The notes under the pieces: model-generated
The model's database searches: none
What the model saw: only the letters and a program-made list of their open reading frames with translations
Told to the model about the DNA's origin: nothing
From: Eledone cirrhosa
Lineage: Eukaryota
DNA length: 64,000 nucleotides
NCBI GenBank assembly: GCA_964016885.1
Contig: OZ024740.1
Coordinates: 256,990,001 to 257,054,000 of the forward strand
Direction: 5' to 3'
Part shown: positions 1 through 12,058 of the stretch, piece after piece
Layout: every line of letters starts with the position of its first letter
How positions within the stretch are numbered: position 1 is the stretch's first letter
Translations under genes and position numbers: made by a program

Positions 1-555
1 TGCATGTGTCTGTGTTTGTGTGAATACTGCAAAACATTCTATTCGATGTTCTAGTGACTCTGCCAGTTCACAGCCTATATAGCTTTCCTGCAATCAAAAT
101 TTGCCCCTGTTAATTTGCAGTGTGATTTCACGCTTTCACAGTAGATATTGAGGCTATATAGGAGACTATGTTTCATGGTCTCAACAGAAATCTGAGTAAC
201 GTGTGTGATGCATTACACTCTATTCTCTGTAGAAGTATGTGTAATAACACTAAATTAACATTTATTTAGTAGAACCATATGGTAAAAACTGCTTGAAAAA
301 TATAATTACCTCAAAACATAGATGATTCCATTATGTTTGGTTACACATCTCTATCACTACCCGCATCCCACCATTCTTCTTTACACGTCTCCTGTGGTAC
401 ATAAAATACTGGCAGGCAGGGTACTGTAACTTCTAATCCACCCATCAACTAGTACTGGCAACGGAAATACAATGAATACCATTGGAAAGTTATTTTTTAA
501 ATAAAATCCTCAATCTTTATTTATTGTAATAATAACTTCCTATATTAATAATCAT

Positions 556-710
556 GTGGTGACGCGTGGCTTAGTGGTAAGGGTATTGGACTTACGATCA
601 TAATGTTGTGAGTTCGATTCCTGGGCTGGGTTGTGTGTTCTTGAGAAAAACAGTCATTTCACGCGTTGCTCAAGTATACCCAGCTGAAAATTAGTACGAG
701 AAATAGCTGG
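556..710 (+). mobile_element. tRNA-derived SINE (family related to 56920-57155)
   Basis: A box-like GTGGCTTAGTGG and B box GAGTTCGATTCC, followed by SINE body TGTGTTCTTGAG...CATTTCACG..GTTGCTC; no tRNA acceptor 3' strand. Confidence 0.7.
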
Positions 711-788
711 GGGTTTAACCTTGGTGAGCTTCCTGGCTTAAGACATACTTTAGAATTGGCTTTAGTAAGAGACTATAGTAATAATGGA

Positions 789-950
789 AAGCGGTGATCT
801 GGCAGAGTCATTAGAATGTCGGATAGAATGCATTGCGGAATTCGTTTCGGCTCTCCGCTTCCTGAGTTCAAATTCCGCCGAGATCAACTTTGCCTTTCAT
901 CCATTCGAGGTCGACAAGAAAAGTACCAGTCTAATACTGAGGTCGATTCT
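789..950 (+). mobile_element. tRNA-derived SINE (octopus-type, GGCGGTG..TGGCAG head)
   Basis: CTGAGTTCAAATTCCGCCGAG..CAACTTTGCCTTTCATCC..GGTCGA..AAAGTACCAG shared with many copies in the window. Confidence 0.8.
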
Positions 951-1140
951 TCCTCTATATCTCTTTTTCACTTTCATTCACTCACTCCCTATACTTCATT
1001 AAAAGAAATCTGCTGTATTCAGACTTGGAGAGAGACGGGCTCCGGAGGTTTAAACGTGCCTTAGAAACACCGTATGTTAATATGGTGCCCCAATGACCCT
1101 CTCGTACGCTACGGGACCATGCATACATAATAATGGTGAA

Positions 1141-1199
1141 GGCACATTGTGTAGTGGTTAATGGGTTGGGCTCACAACCGTAAGGTCGTGAGTTCGATA
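1141..1199 (+). mobile_element. truncated tRNA-like SINE head
   Basis: TGTAGTGGTTA...GTCGTGAGTTCGAT, breaking off inside the B box at the CRE-like fragment. Confidence 0.55.
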
Positions 1200-2546
1200 A
1201 AACTCTTTATTTCGTCGAAGCTCCTCCATACCCTTCACAGCAATCCATGCTATAGGCACACATCTCTCCTTGCTGACCTCGAAACTTGTATCCGAGCAGC
1301 AGCCGAGGAAATATGCAACGTCAGGTTTGACGACATTGGATGGCAACAGGCCATTTTACCTGTCAGATATGGTGGCCTTGGCCTCCAGCCCCCGATCTCG
1401 CTGGCTTTGCCGGCGTTTCTTTCGTCGGTAACCTCATGCCAAGTCCTCATCAGCAGAGTTCTCCAAAACACAATGAAACCCTCTGTGATCGGGAAACATG
1501 AGGCCGCCTGTAAGAAGTGGGACCGGCTAGGACTTAGCCCAGTAGACGTCCCTCCTCTTTCTCCCCCCTGCTGACTTCAAGTCCCCCGAAAGCATTTAGA
1601 ATGACATCCAGTTCAGCCTGGTCTTAGACAGGCTCACGCGCCAGCTCGACCAGCACCGCGCGGCCTCCAAACCCCACAGTAGTGCCTGGCTCCATGCCTT
1701 GCCCTCCTTCTCCACTGGCACGCAGCTGGATAACGATGGCCTGCGCATCGGCGTTTCCCTGACGCTTGGCCTCCGGATCTGCGAGCCACATAAATGTCGC
1801 TCTGGATCCACCGTGAACTCTTTCGGCCTCCACCCGCTTTCCTGTCTCCACAGTGCCGGCCGCCTTCCACGCCATGCTACCCTCCACGAGGTCATAAAGC
1901 ATGGTTTGGATGCTGCAGGCTTCCCCTCCCATCTCGAGCCGGTGGGGCTGGACCGAAGGGACGGTAAGAGGCCAGACGTCATGACCATCTTTCCGTTCCG
2001 TCGTGGGGCAAACCCTTTGTCTGGGATGCCACTTGCAGCGAAACTTTCTCCAGCCGCAACTTGGTGCACTCTGTGACTAACCCAGGTTCTGCTGCACGTC
2101 GGGCTGAGGAGGCCAAACTCTCCAAGTATCGGTCGCTCTCCGTCAGGTTTGTGGTTGTGCCCTTGGAAGTGGAGACTTCTGGTGTCCTTGACCCTATGGC
2201 TACCTCCCTACTCACCACCATAGGCACTGAGCTGACTAGCCGCAGGTGTGAGTCTCGCGAGTTGGAATGGCGCTTCCATCGCATCTCTCTTACCATCCTC
2301 AGGGGAAACGCTTTCTCCATTCTATTCCTCGGGGCTCTGGGGAGGCCAGCACGTGGGACCCCATTTGCTCACCATACAGAGAGATGGGGAGGGTGAGAGA
2401 GATGGAGGCAATGACAGTTGGAGTTCGGCTCTTCCAAGTTCGGACCATATACTTGTGGTTGTGTTCATTATCTATAGAATTCATTCTATTATTCATTTGA
2501 AAAGGTTACTGCCTCATTCTGTAATAAAGATTTCCCCTAAAAAAAA
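1200..2546 (+). mobile_element. 5'-truncated, frameshifted CRE-like non-LTR retrotransposon (post-RT region, Cys/His motif, restriction-like endonuclease)
   Basis: Frames give LPVRYGGLGL..LALPAFLSS, SAWLHALP, HKC..GLHPLSC, RH, EPVGL..DGKRPD, VWDATC, AEEAKLSKY, VPLEVETSG, RISLTILRGNA; AATAAA at ~2523 and A-run at ~2539-2546. Confidence 0.85.
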
Positions 2547-2802
2547 TATTCAATGAGTTTATTTATTTTTGATAATAATAATTTCCTAGTATAGGCAAGA
2601 TACCAGAAATCTGGAAAGAAAGGTTAGTTTATTGTTGTACTTTATTTTATCAACCCTGGAAAGATGAAAGATAAAAACGATGCCGGAAGGATTTGACACC
2701 AAATATTTAAGAACCTGGACGAGTACAACTCTACATATTCTGCCAAAATATAATTGTTCTTACACACAAAACAGCAGGTTTTGAGGGATGATATAATTTA
2801 TA

Positions 2803-2988
2803 ATTGTTTCTACTTTTGGCACATGGCCAGCAATTATCCCAGTGTATTACTGGTACTTTCGTTTATCGACCCCGTAAGGATGAAAGGCAAAGTTAACCTC
2901 GGCGGGATTTGAACTCAGACCATAAAGGGCCGTAACTCTTTGCTGCAAAGCATGGCGTCCGACCCTCTACCGATACTGCCAATCCACC
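2803..2988 (-). mobile_element. tRNA-derived SINE, young family
   Basis: Near-identical to 15884-16070, 45792-45976, 48785-48962, 58987-59172, 63286-63467. Confidence 0.9.
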
Positions 2989-4009
2989 ATGGTACAATTT
3001 ATAATATCGGCTGCAGATACATCAAGTACAATGACTAATAGCGCAAACAACGGGTTTTTTTAAAGTCAGTTGCTCTAAACCTTTTGATATCAAACCTTTC
3101 TGAAACCGATTCTAGTTCTACGATAGACACTGTTCCTCAATCTCTCTCCAAATTCTTGAATACTTTCAAAAGAATTTGAAAATCATACACAGTGCTTTTC
3201 ATTGAAATTATCGTAGTGAAAATATTAAATTCCAATGAAAAAAGAAGGCTATGCAGGAATGTGGTAAGTTACAGACAATTAAATCTATTCCACTATTGGT
3301 AATAATTCACTGTAGTGGTTTGGGTGTTGAACTCATAACTCTAACACCGTGGGTTCAGTTTCTGGATCGGATAGTGTTGTGCTCTTCATTCCACGTTGTT
3401 TTGATGACACGACTATCGTTAACACACACATCCAATTTTTCTATGAGATGCAGCCTCGTAGAATGCTAGCTAAACCTGCATAGGTGTGAGATGTACATTT
3501 CATTTTCTTTTCTCAATATGTCTTAAGTGATTGAGTCTAAAATATTGACATCATGGCTGAAAAGAATAGTGACCATGGACTTTATCACTGAAATATTAGT
3601 AAATCAGGATGGTAGGTGAAGATAACTTTGGTGGTGTTGAACCCAGAACGTAAAAGATTGCGAACAAATGCTGAAGCATAGAATTTGCAGAAAATTTTCA
3701 ATGATTTTGTTCTTCAAATAAATAATCGTTTCTATTTCAGGTAGAATATCTGCAATTTGGGTGTGTGTGGGTGAAGGGATGTAGAATAAACTTTATTAAA
3801 TTGCACCCACTGTTTAATTGGTATTTCATCAACACCCGCAGGAGGACAAGTAAAATTTCATCTCAGTAAAATTGAACTCAGCGTGTAAGAAATAGATAAT
3901 ACTAAGATTTTCATTGACAAATTCTATTTCATTTGACTTGGAAAATATGTAATGATTATATCACAACTCCTATAAATATATGCCATCTCATTATTAATAT
4001 TGTTGTTAT

Positions 4010-4410
4010 GACGGTGGATTGTCAGAATCGGTAGAGCATCAGACAACAAGTTTACTGACATAGTGTTGCGGCTCTTTACGTTCTGAGCCAAAATCCTGAC
4101 CAGGTTGGCTTTGTCTTTAATCCTTACGGGGTCGATAAAATAAAGTACCAGTACTGCACTGGAGTCGGTTTCATTGATTTTCTCTTTTCCCCAAAGTTGT
4201 TGGACTTGTGCCTAAATCAGAAACCATTAATTTTATTGTTGTTATTCATATTAAAGGCAGTGGATTAGCAGAAGCATTAGACCACCGGATAAATGGTTTT
4301 TACGTTCTGAGTTCAAATCCGGACGAGGTTAGCTTTGCCTTTCATCCCTGCAGGATCGATTAAAAAATTCCCTTCAAATTGTTGGCGTTGTGTCAAGGGT
4401 AGATACAAAT
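4010..4410 (+). mobile_element. two adjacent diverged SINE copies (~4010-4230, ~4254-4410)
   Basis: TTTACGTTCTGAG..CAAA..CC..GAGGTT.GCTTTG.CTTT.ATCC motif twice. Confidence 0.7.
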
Positions 4411-4678
4411 ATTATTATCAATATTGTGTAACTTTTACATCCCAAGAACGATTCTTCACCAATGACATTTTGGATTGTTTCATCAGCTCAAATTCGAAAC
4501 CATCTCCTCCAGATACTTCTGAGTTCTGATAATGCTGGTTACGCTTGGATTTCTGCCGGGAAGGAGTAACTGAGTGCTCTTCCCCCACGATCTTCCTAGA
4601 CGAAGAAGAAGAAGAAAAAGAAGAAGAAGAAAGAGGAGGAGAAGTTCCAAAATAACGGAATAATGAGACAACTGGTTA

Positions 4679-5751
4679 TCTACTTATATATACAACCAGC
4701 AATTTCTCTGTCTGTCTGTCCGACAGTGGAAACACGTGCGTAGAGAGAGAGTGAGGGTGAAAGAAAGAGACAGACTACGAGAGGGGGATAGCGGGAGGGA
4801 GAGAGGGAGAGAGAGAGAGAGAGTGAATAGACGCTAAAACACGTGCTACAGAAATATTACCTTCCACTTCCTTTCTCCAAGAGAAACACTGTCGCTATAG
4901 AAACATTACCTTCCCCTCTCCACTGACTTTGGTCACTGAGGCCGAGGGAATCGCTGGTTGCTATAGAGACACCTTGCACAAGCCAGAAGTAACCAGTTCG
5001 AGGCGGTTCTGACTTGACACCATGCGAAGAAGGTTGCCATTGAATTTGTGGTTTGAAGAGGGTTGCCATTGAATTTGTGGTTGTTGCTGCTGATAATAAG
5101 GACCATTTGAAGAAGGTTGCCATTGAATTTGTGGTTTGAAGAAGGTTGCCATTGAATTTGTGGTTGTTGCTGCTGATAATAAAGACCATTTGAAGAAGGT
5201 TGCTGCTGATGAGGTAATTTATTAATCAGATTGCGCAGTTCCATAACCTACGTTTGATTTGTTCAATTGTTTCCTTCAATTTTTTTTGTTGTTTTTTTTA
5301 TTTCTTATTGAAAAAATATAAATAATAAAATAAGGTTAGAAATTTAAATACAATTAAATACGATTTAATTTCAATTTCCAGCAGCCAATGTCCAGTGTTC
5401 AATTTCATGAACAAATTGCAAATTATTCTAAAAATTGAAGTTTAACTTTTTAACATTTGTTTTGACAATAAAAAAATATTTCCTTATTCACACCTAATGG
5501 TATGATTAAAATTCATAGGAATATTTTTTTCTAACCGCCAGTTATTTATTTTCTCCTTTTTCGTTTTAACATATATTTATTTCAAAGATTTCACCGTATA
5601 GATAACATATATATCTATACATGCATATAAGACACACCGAGAGACGGTGAACATGTGGTGCCGAAAACATTTCTCATCCAAATCTCAACAATATCAGTAT
5701 ATACACTAGATTTGCTAGCAGAAAACCGCCCACCGGGTGGTTTTCTGCTAG
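4679..5751 (+). mobile_element. non-autonomous Helitron-like element A with internal minisatellite
   Basis: A|TCTACTTATATA 5' end followed by (CTGT)n; ends in hairpin + CTAG at 5748-5751. Confidence 0.5.
5026..5210. repeat. minisatellite GAAGAAGGTTGCCATTGAATTTGTGGTT
   Basis: Four copies of GGTTGCCATTGAATTTGTGGTT alternating with GTTGCTGCTGATAATAA.GACCATTT. Confidence 0.9.
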
Positions 5752-6383
5752 TCTATATATATAAAACTGAGGGTGTCTGTCTGTGTGTGTGTGTGTCTGT
5801 GAGTTTGAATCCCTAAAACTCGAGAAGTACCCAACCGATTTTTGCAAACTTTGCATGTGTATTACTTATGTTTCAGGGAGTGTTATGCACATAAACAAAT
5901 TCAACATTTTGATCCATTAGGTGAAAAAGTGCGTCTTTCAGCATTTTAGGGGTTTTTGAGGCGTTACGTCAGACCGATTTCATTGAAATTGTAACTATGT
6001 ATTAGTCAGTCTTTTCTTCATACCGTGAGCAAAGTAAATCCAAATTTGTTATGGCCTAGGGACCACATTAGGTGAAATACTTCATTTTTTCAGCTTTCTA
6101 TGGCTTTTTTGAGGTGTTACGTCTAGCCGATTTTACCCGAAATTACAAGGCATATTATGCACATAAAAAAAATTCATTTTCTTGATCCCTAGGGCTCGCA
6201 TTAGGTGAAAACCTGCATTGTTCCTGCTTCATTGAGGAAAATCTTAAAGATTATCCAGCCATCAGAGTATTCGGTTTATTTTCTTTACATATTGTCCAGG
6301 CATGCAGTTTTCCACGATTAGGACTGTTGGCGGCCCGCATTCCAAAATACCTTATCCCGTGAAACGCCGGGTACCACTGCTAG
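5752..6383 (+). mobile_element. non-autonomous Helitron-like element B
   Basis: 5' TCTATATATATAAAA..(GTCT/GT)n, internal CCGATTT..AAA subrepeats, 3' hairpin CCCG-TGAAACGC-CGGG then CTAG|T. Confidence 0.8.
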
Positions 6384-6779
6384 TATAAAATAAAACCCAT
6401 TAAATTGTTGATTATTTTCGAAACCATTTGAAAACCATAGGTAGTTTCATTAGAGACATGGTGAAGAAAGAGTTACTGAATAACGGATTAAAGGAACACT
6501 ATAAAGCATTATCTAGCACACGTGTTACATTGTATTTTTTGGTTGTATGGCAACAAAAGGGGGAAGAATGTAAAGTACAAGTGTAATAATAGTGGAGTGG
6601 GGAAGGGCTTTCAGGGATAATGGGGGGCAGGGATAGAATGGGAGGTGTTGGGGGACAGTTCTTCTATTATCTGGTCGGCCAAACGAAACATATGAGAGCG
6701 TTTACATCCACACTCCAAACACATGATTACACAGATATAACATATACATAGATACATATGTAAGTCTACGTATGAGGGA

Positions 6780-6811
6780 GTGTATATATATATATATTAT
6801 TTATGTTTATA

Positions 6812-6898
<87 letters not shown>

Positions 6899-7038
6899 TA
6901 TTTATGTTTATATATATATATTTATATATATATATATTTATGTTTATATATATATATTTATATATATATATATATTTATATCTATATATGTATGTATATA
7001 TATATATGTATATTTATTTATATATAAATATATATTTG

Positions 7039-7069
<31 letters not shown>

Positions 7070-7189
7070 GTATATATATTTATATATGTATATATATTTA
7101 TATATATATATTTATATATATATATGTATAAATATTTATATATATATATTTATATATATATATGTATATATATTTATATATATATATAT

Positions 7190-7220
<31 letters not shown>

Positions 7221-7231
7221 GTATATATATT

Positions 7232-7262
<31 letters not shown>

Positions 7263-7304
7263 GTATATATATTTATGTATATATATTTAGATGTACATAT
7301 ATAA

Positions 7305-7348
<44 letters not shown>

Positions 7349-7683
7349 GAATATATATTTATATAAATATGTATATATATTTATATACATATATATATAT
7401 ATATATATTTATATACATATATATATATTTATATACATATATACATGTATATAAATATATATATATATTTATATATATATATTTATATACATGTATATAT
7501 ATTTATATACATATATATATATTTATATACATACATATACCTATGCATATATATTTATATACATATATATATATTTATATACATATATATGTATTTATAT
7601 ATATATATATTTATATACATACATATACCTATGCTTATATATTTATATACATATATATATATATATTTATATAAATATATATG

Positions 7684-7761
<78 letters not shown>

Positions 7762-7983
7762 CACACATATATATATATACGTATATATAAAGTGATGTAG
7801 AGGTGGGGTGTTTATACACATATGACAATGTTTACATCCCATTATTTGCCAAATAATGACAATACATTCCGGCAGCATGATGTCTATTAAATGTTTTTAT
7901 AGCTGCATATATATACATCTGTATGTGCGTCCGTGCGTGTGTGTGTGTGCGTGTGCATGTGTGTGTCTTCTAGTGAGCTTATG

Positions 7984-8055
<72 letters not shown>

Positions 8056-8360
8056 TATATACATAAGCTCATACGAACATACTCACATGCACACGCACAC
8101 ACACACACGCACAGACGCACATACAGATGCATATATGTATTTGTACATATATATATATATAGAGAGAGAGAGGGAGGGAGGGAGAAAGGACGTGTGAGAT
8201 AGAGAAAGGGAGAGAAACATATTCAGGAGAGACAGAAAGATTGAAACATGCGTATGGTTTATTTAAAAATATGCACATATATATACACCCACAATTATCA
8301 TACAATTATAACTGTTTACTAACGATATATACATATACATATATACGCATACATACACAC

Positions 8361-8418
<58 letters not shown>

Positions 8419-8425
8419 TGAATAT
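6780..8425. repeat. (TA)n/(TATG)n compound microsatellite field
   Basis: Direct inspection; includes an inverted pair ~7906-7988 / ~8062-8140 around a (TA)n core. Confidence 0.95.
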
Positions 8426-8551
8426 AATCTGAGTTTTTCGAATATTAATAATAATATTCGATTCGTTTGCAATTATAAAAACCCCCTCTTTTTTAAAGCC
8501 ATATCAATAGAATGAGCCTCTCATTCTTGCTCTTTTTTCGGCATGTAAACA

Positions 8552-8601
8552 GAACTGCAAACACTAATGTTTCTGGGTATCACCCTTCATCAGTGCAGTT
8601 C
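8552..8601 (-). ncRNA. type I hammerhead ribozyme motif
   Basis: Minus strand GAACTGCA-CTGATGA-A-GGGT GAT ACCC-A-GAAAC-ATTAGT-GTT-TGCAGTTC; 8-bp stem I. Confidence 0.8.
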
Positions 8602-8620
8602 AATGTTAATACCAATTTGT

Positions 8621-9149
8621 TATTAGGATTGGTGCTCTGAAATAGCGATGTATACATGAATGTATGTATAGTATATATGGCAAGTGACTATGTCACTTAC
8701 TTCTTTTCGGCGAAAGAAAGAAGAGAAGCTAACAGTCTGTTTCACGCTGTTTGGCCATCATCAGGGCCACGCAACCCTTGCTTCCGCCGAAAATTATAGA
8801 GGCTGGATTATTATAGAATTCCATTAATAATAAGGAGCTGATTATGCAGAGCGATTCCCGGTCCAGCAAAAATTAGGTATCGGATTGGTGCTTGCCAAAT
8901 ATACTATACATACATTCATGTATACATCGCTATTTCAGTGCACCAATCCTAATACTTAATTTTTGCTGGACCGGCAATCGCTCTGTATAATCAGCTCCTG
9001 ATTATTACTGGAATTCTATAAGAATCCAGGTTCTATAATTTTAGGCGAAAGAAAGGGTGCGTGGCTCTGATGATCGCCAAACAGCGTGAAACAGACTGTT
9101 AGCTTATCTCCTTTCGTTCGCCAGAGAGAAGTAACTGACATAGTCACTA
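8621..9149. mobile_element. inverted pair of ~256-nt HHR-containing monomers in permuted order
   Basis: 8621-8891 and reverse complement of 8892-9149 contain the same two blocks in different order; HHR motifs at 8727-8768(-) and 9063-9104(+). Confidence 0.8.
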
Positions 9150-10220
9150 CTATAAGACCGATAGCGTATGGTCTTCAAAATGATTTTAATTAAACATTCG
9201 GTATATACCTATTTATATATATATATGAGGACGCACGCAAATATTTATTCATACATATGTATGTGTATATATGTATGTATATATATCTATGTGGTTGAGA
9301 GGTATGTTGCAGATATGCATAATATTAAACACATGATTGGTAATCGTATATATGAGGACATGAATGTTGATCGTATATATTTGTATATATATATACTGTG
9401 AAATTTTTATAACACAAGGAATATATAGCAGTGATTAAGAGAAATCATTTACGTTTTGTATGGCTATATTGTTGGCTTGAGTAAACATAATTTCTATTTT
9501 CAGGACGTGCGTATCTATATGTATATATATATATACATATATATTTGTATGTCTTTGCATAAAATACTGATCTCTATAGCAAGGGTACATTTTGAACTCA
9601 GATTTTGGTATATTGATCTCAAGTTTCTAAACTAAACATATAGTCATTATTGAACAATGTTTAATTTCTCATGGTATATATCTATGTCCCATTCATGAAT
9701 ATTGATACTTATATTCTTATTATTCATTTCATATAAATCGTTAACTCAACTTAATATGACATGACGTGAAGTTTTCATTGTCGCCCCCACCCTCTCTCTC
9801 TATATAGTATTTCTCTCTCTTGAGTTTTTCTTTCTGTATGATGACTTGATATCTCTCTGTTGCTTTCCTTTGTTTTTCTTTGTTTTTCTTTCTTTATTTT
9901 TTCTTCCTTTTCTTTCTTTTTTCTTTTTTCTTTTTTATTTCCTCCTATCTTTATTTATCTCTTTCTTTTCTCCACACATTCCTCTCTCTCTCCGATATTT
10001 CTCCAGGTTTTCTTTCTCTTTTTCTCTCTCTCCGTCTTTGTTCTTTTCTCTCTCTCCGTCTTTTTTCTTTTTCTTTCACTCCGTCTTTTTCTAATTGTGC
10101 TTAACACTATGCCTTATTAAAACAATATAAACAAATCACTATCCAGGCAGCCTCCAAAAGTAATGGTTGTATTTTAAAAGGGTACGTCAAAGCTATTTAT
10201 AAAACTGTTATATATTGTAT

Positions 10221-10277
10221 TTTGTCTGATGAAGGCATACCATAATTTAATGTGGTATCCCTGAAATATGTATAATG
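10221..10277 (+). ncRNA. hammerhead-like motif
   Basis: CTGATGA-AGG-C-ATACCATA..TGTGGTAT-C-CCT-GAAAT-AT-GTA; stem I weak. Confidence 0.5.
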
Positions 10278-10320
10278 AAATAAAGATGGTTTTATAAATA
10301 TAGTTTCCATTTATTAATAT

Positions 10321-10365
<45 letters not shown>

Positions 10366-10370
<5 letters not shown>

Positions 10371-11110
10371 ATGTTGAAAAGGTAACACACTAGAGAGAGA
10401 TACAGTGCGCCATCAATAAAACAGGGAAAAACCACCAGGGTATGGAATTTATAACCTATGGAAGGCAGAATATAGACACGATAATTAATGTGCCCAGGAT
10501 TTCCTCTCCTTTGAGCACATTATTTACAGGGAACAGCGAGAGTCTATGGCTCCGTTAATGTATCGTGATATTTCGCTCCTTATAACAATCTTTCTCCTCT
10601 CTCGCTGTTTGGTTCAGCACACTTCTCTGAGTGGGTTTGGACTGCCCTTTCTAGCAGCTCGTCCCTCAGAGGCCACTGGTTCACTGCCCTTAAACACGCT
10701 TCTCTCTTCCACCTGTAGTTGGACGGTTGCTTTAAGAATTCTCTTAGTGTTGTCTGAAATGTATAGCCTAACACACACTGATGAACCTGGGTTATTTTAT
10801 TTCCGTCAACAACTTACTGGCGAAACAGATCATGTTGGATTTGTACGTGTGTTATATAGTTATAGAGGAATTTATTTACGGTTTAATTTATATTTTTAAT
10901 TATCGCGTCTATATTCTGCCTGCCATATGTTATAGATTCCCTACACTTGTGGTTTTTCCCTGTTTTATTGATGGCGCACTATATCTCTCTCAAGTGTGTT
11001 ACATTTTCAATCAACATATTGTATTTTAAAGTGCCCAGGATTTCCTCTCATTTGAGCACATTATTTACAGGGAACAGCGAGAGTTTATGGCTCCGTTAAT
11101 GTATCGTGAT
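10366..11110 (+). mobile_element. PLE-type non-autonomous insertion in (TA)n: inverted 5' piece plus 541-nt period direct repeat
   Basis: 10366-10488 is inverted copy of ~10897-11024; 10490-10570 repeats at 11031-11110; CTGATGA(10778)...GAAAC(10822). Confidence 0.75.
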
Positions 11111-11132
11111 ATATATATATATATATATATAT

Positions 11133-11798
11133 AAATTAGCGAGAATCCTATTTCGGCTTAGGAATTAACGAAAAACAACTTCCGAGATGTGTGGCAAGCG
11201 CTCGATGATTCAGATGAAACAGAAAACAACATACGTTAAAGGCCAAAGACACTGAGACGATGGTTACACAAATATCCGCACAGCCAAAGAAACGACTAAA
11301 GAATAAAAATATATGTGATTGAAAATTTACCCGGACCCCTGGAAGGTTGGAAAAATCCAGTATTTGGGTTTCTGCGACTCCTAAATCAAGTACTGTCCGC
11401 TTACAGAAATAATATTAGGCTTCTGGTAAGATGATTGAACAAGGAAGCCACTTTATCAACAGGTTTTAGTTCAATTGCTAATTCAAAGTGTGACTATTAC
11501 TGACCCCACGTGGAGTTCGGCAAGGGAGGCAACACTTATTTTAGGCGAATGAATTCAGTTGTGTATAATATTGCAAGAATGCAAAACATCACAAATCGAA
11601 TAAGGCTCTCAACAGAATGGTTAAAGTTAACATAATCTATTCATCAGTCAATAGAATCAACTAAAGAAATCAAGAAAATTAACTGGTCAATAGCTAGACT
11701 CGGGAGATTAATACAAATATAAATTAACGAGAATCGTATTTCGGCTTAGGAATTAACGAAAAACAACTTCCGAGATTGGTGGCAAGCGCTCGATGATT
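11133..11798. repeat. ~78-nt direct terminal repeats, 588-nt period, adjoining (TA)n
   Basis: AAATTA.CGAGAATC.TATTTCGGCTTAGGAATTAACG...GCGCTCGATGATT at 11133 and 11721. Confidence 0.8.
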
Positions 11799-11976
11799 TA
11801 TACATATATGTACTAATACATACTGAGGAAACCTGCGGCTCAGTAGTTACCGATGGTGTTGATCTTTTTTTCTATTCGGGTTATAGCTATTCTATGCGTC
11901 AAAGCACAGCGCTCGACCGAAACTGCCAATCCACCGCCATTTGTATATAAATATATTATATTATATATATAACTAT

Positions 11977-12056
<80 letters not shown>

Positions 12057-12058
<2 letters not shown>

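Noticed and set aside
556-625. Possible tRNA genes (also 1141-1199, 54420-54490, 57115-57155)
   Set aside because: Imperfect cloverleafs continuing into SINE bodies
5026-5210. CRISPR-like repeat array / Gln-rich ORF
   Set aside because: No unique spacers, eukaryotic context; simple minisatellite
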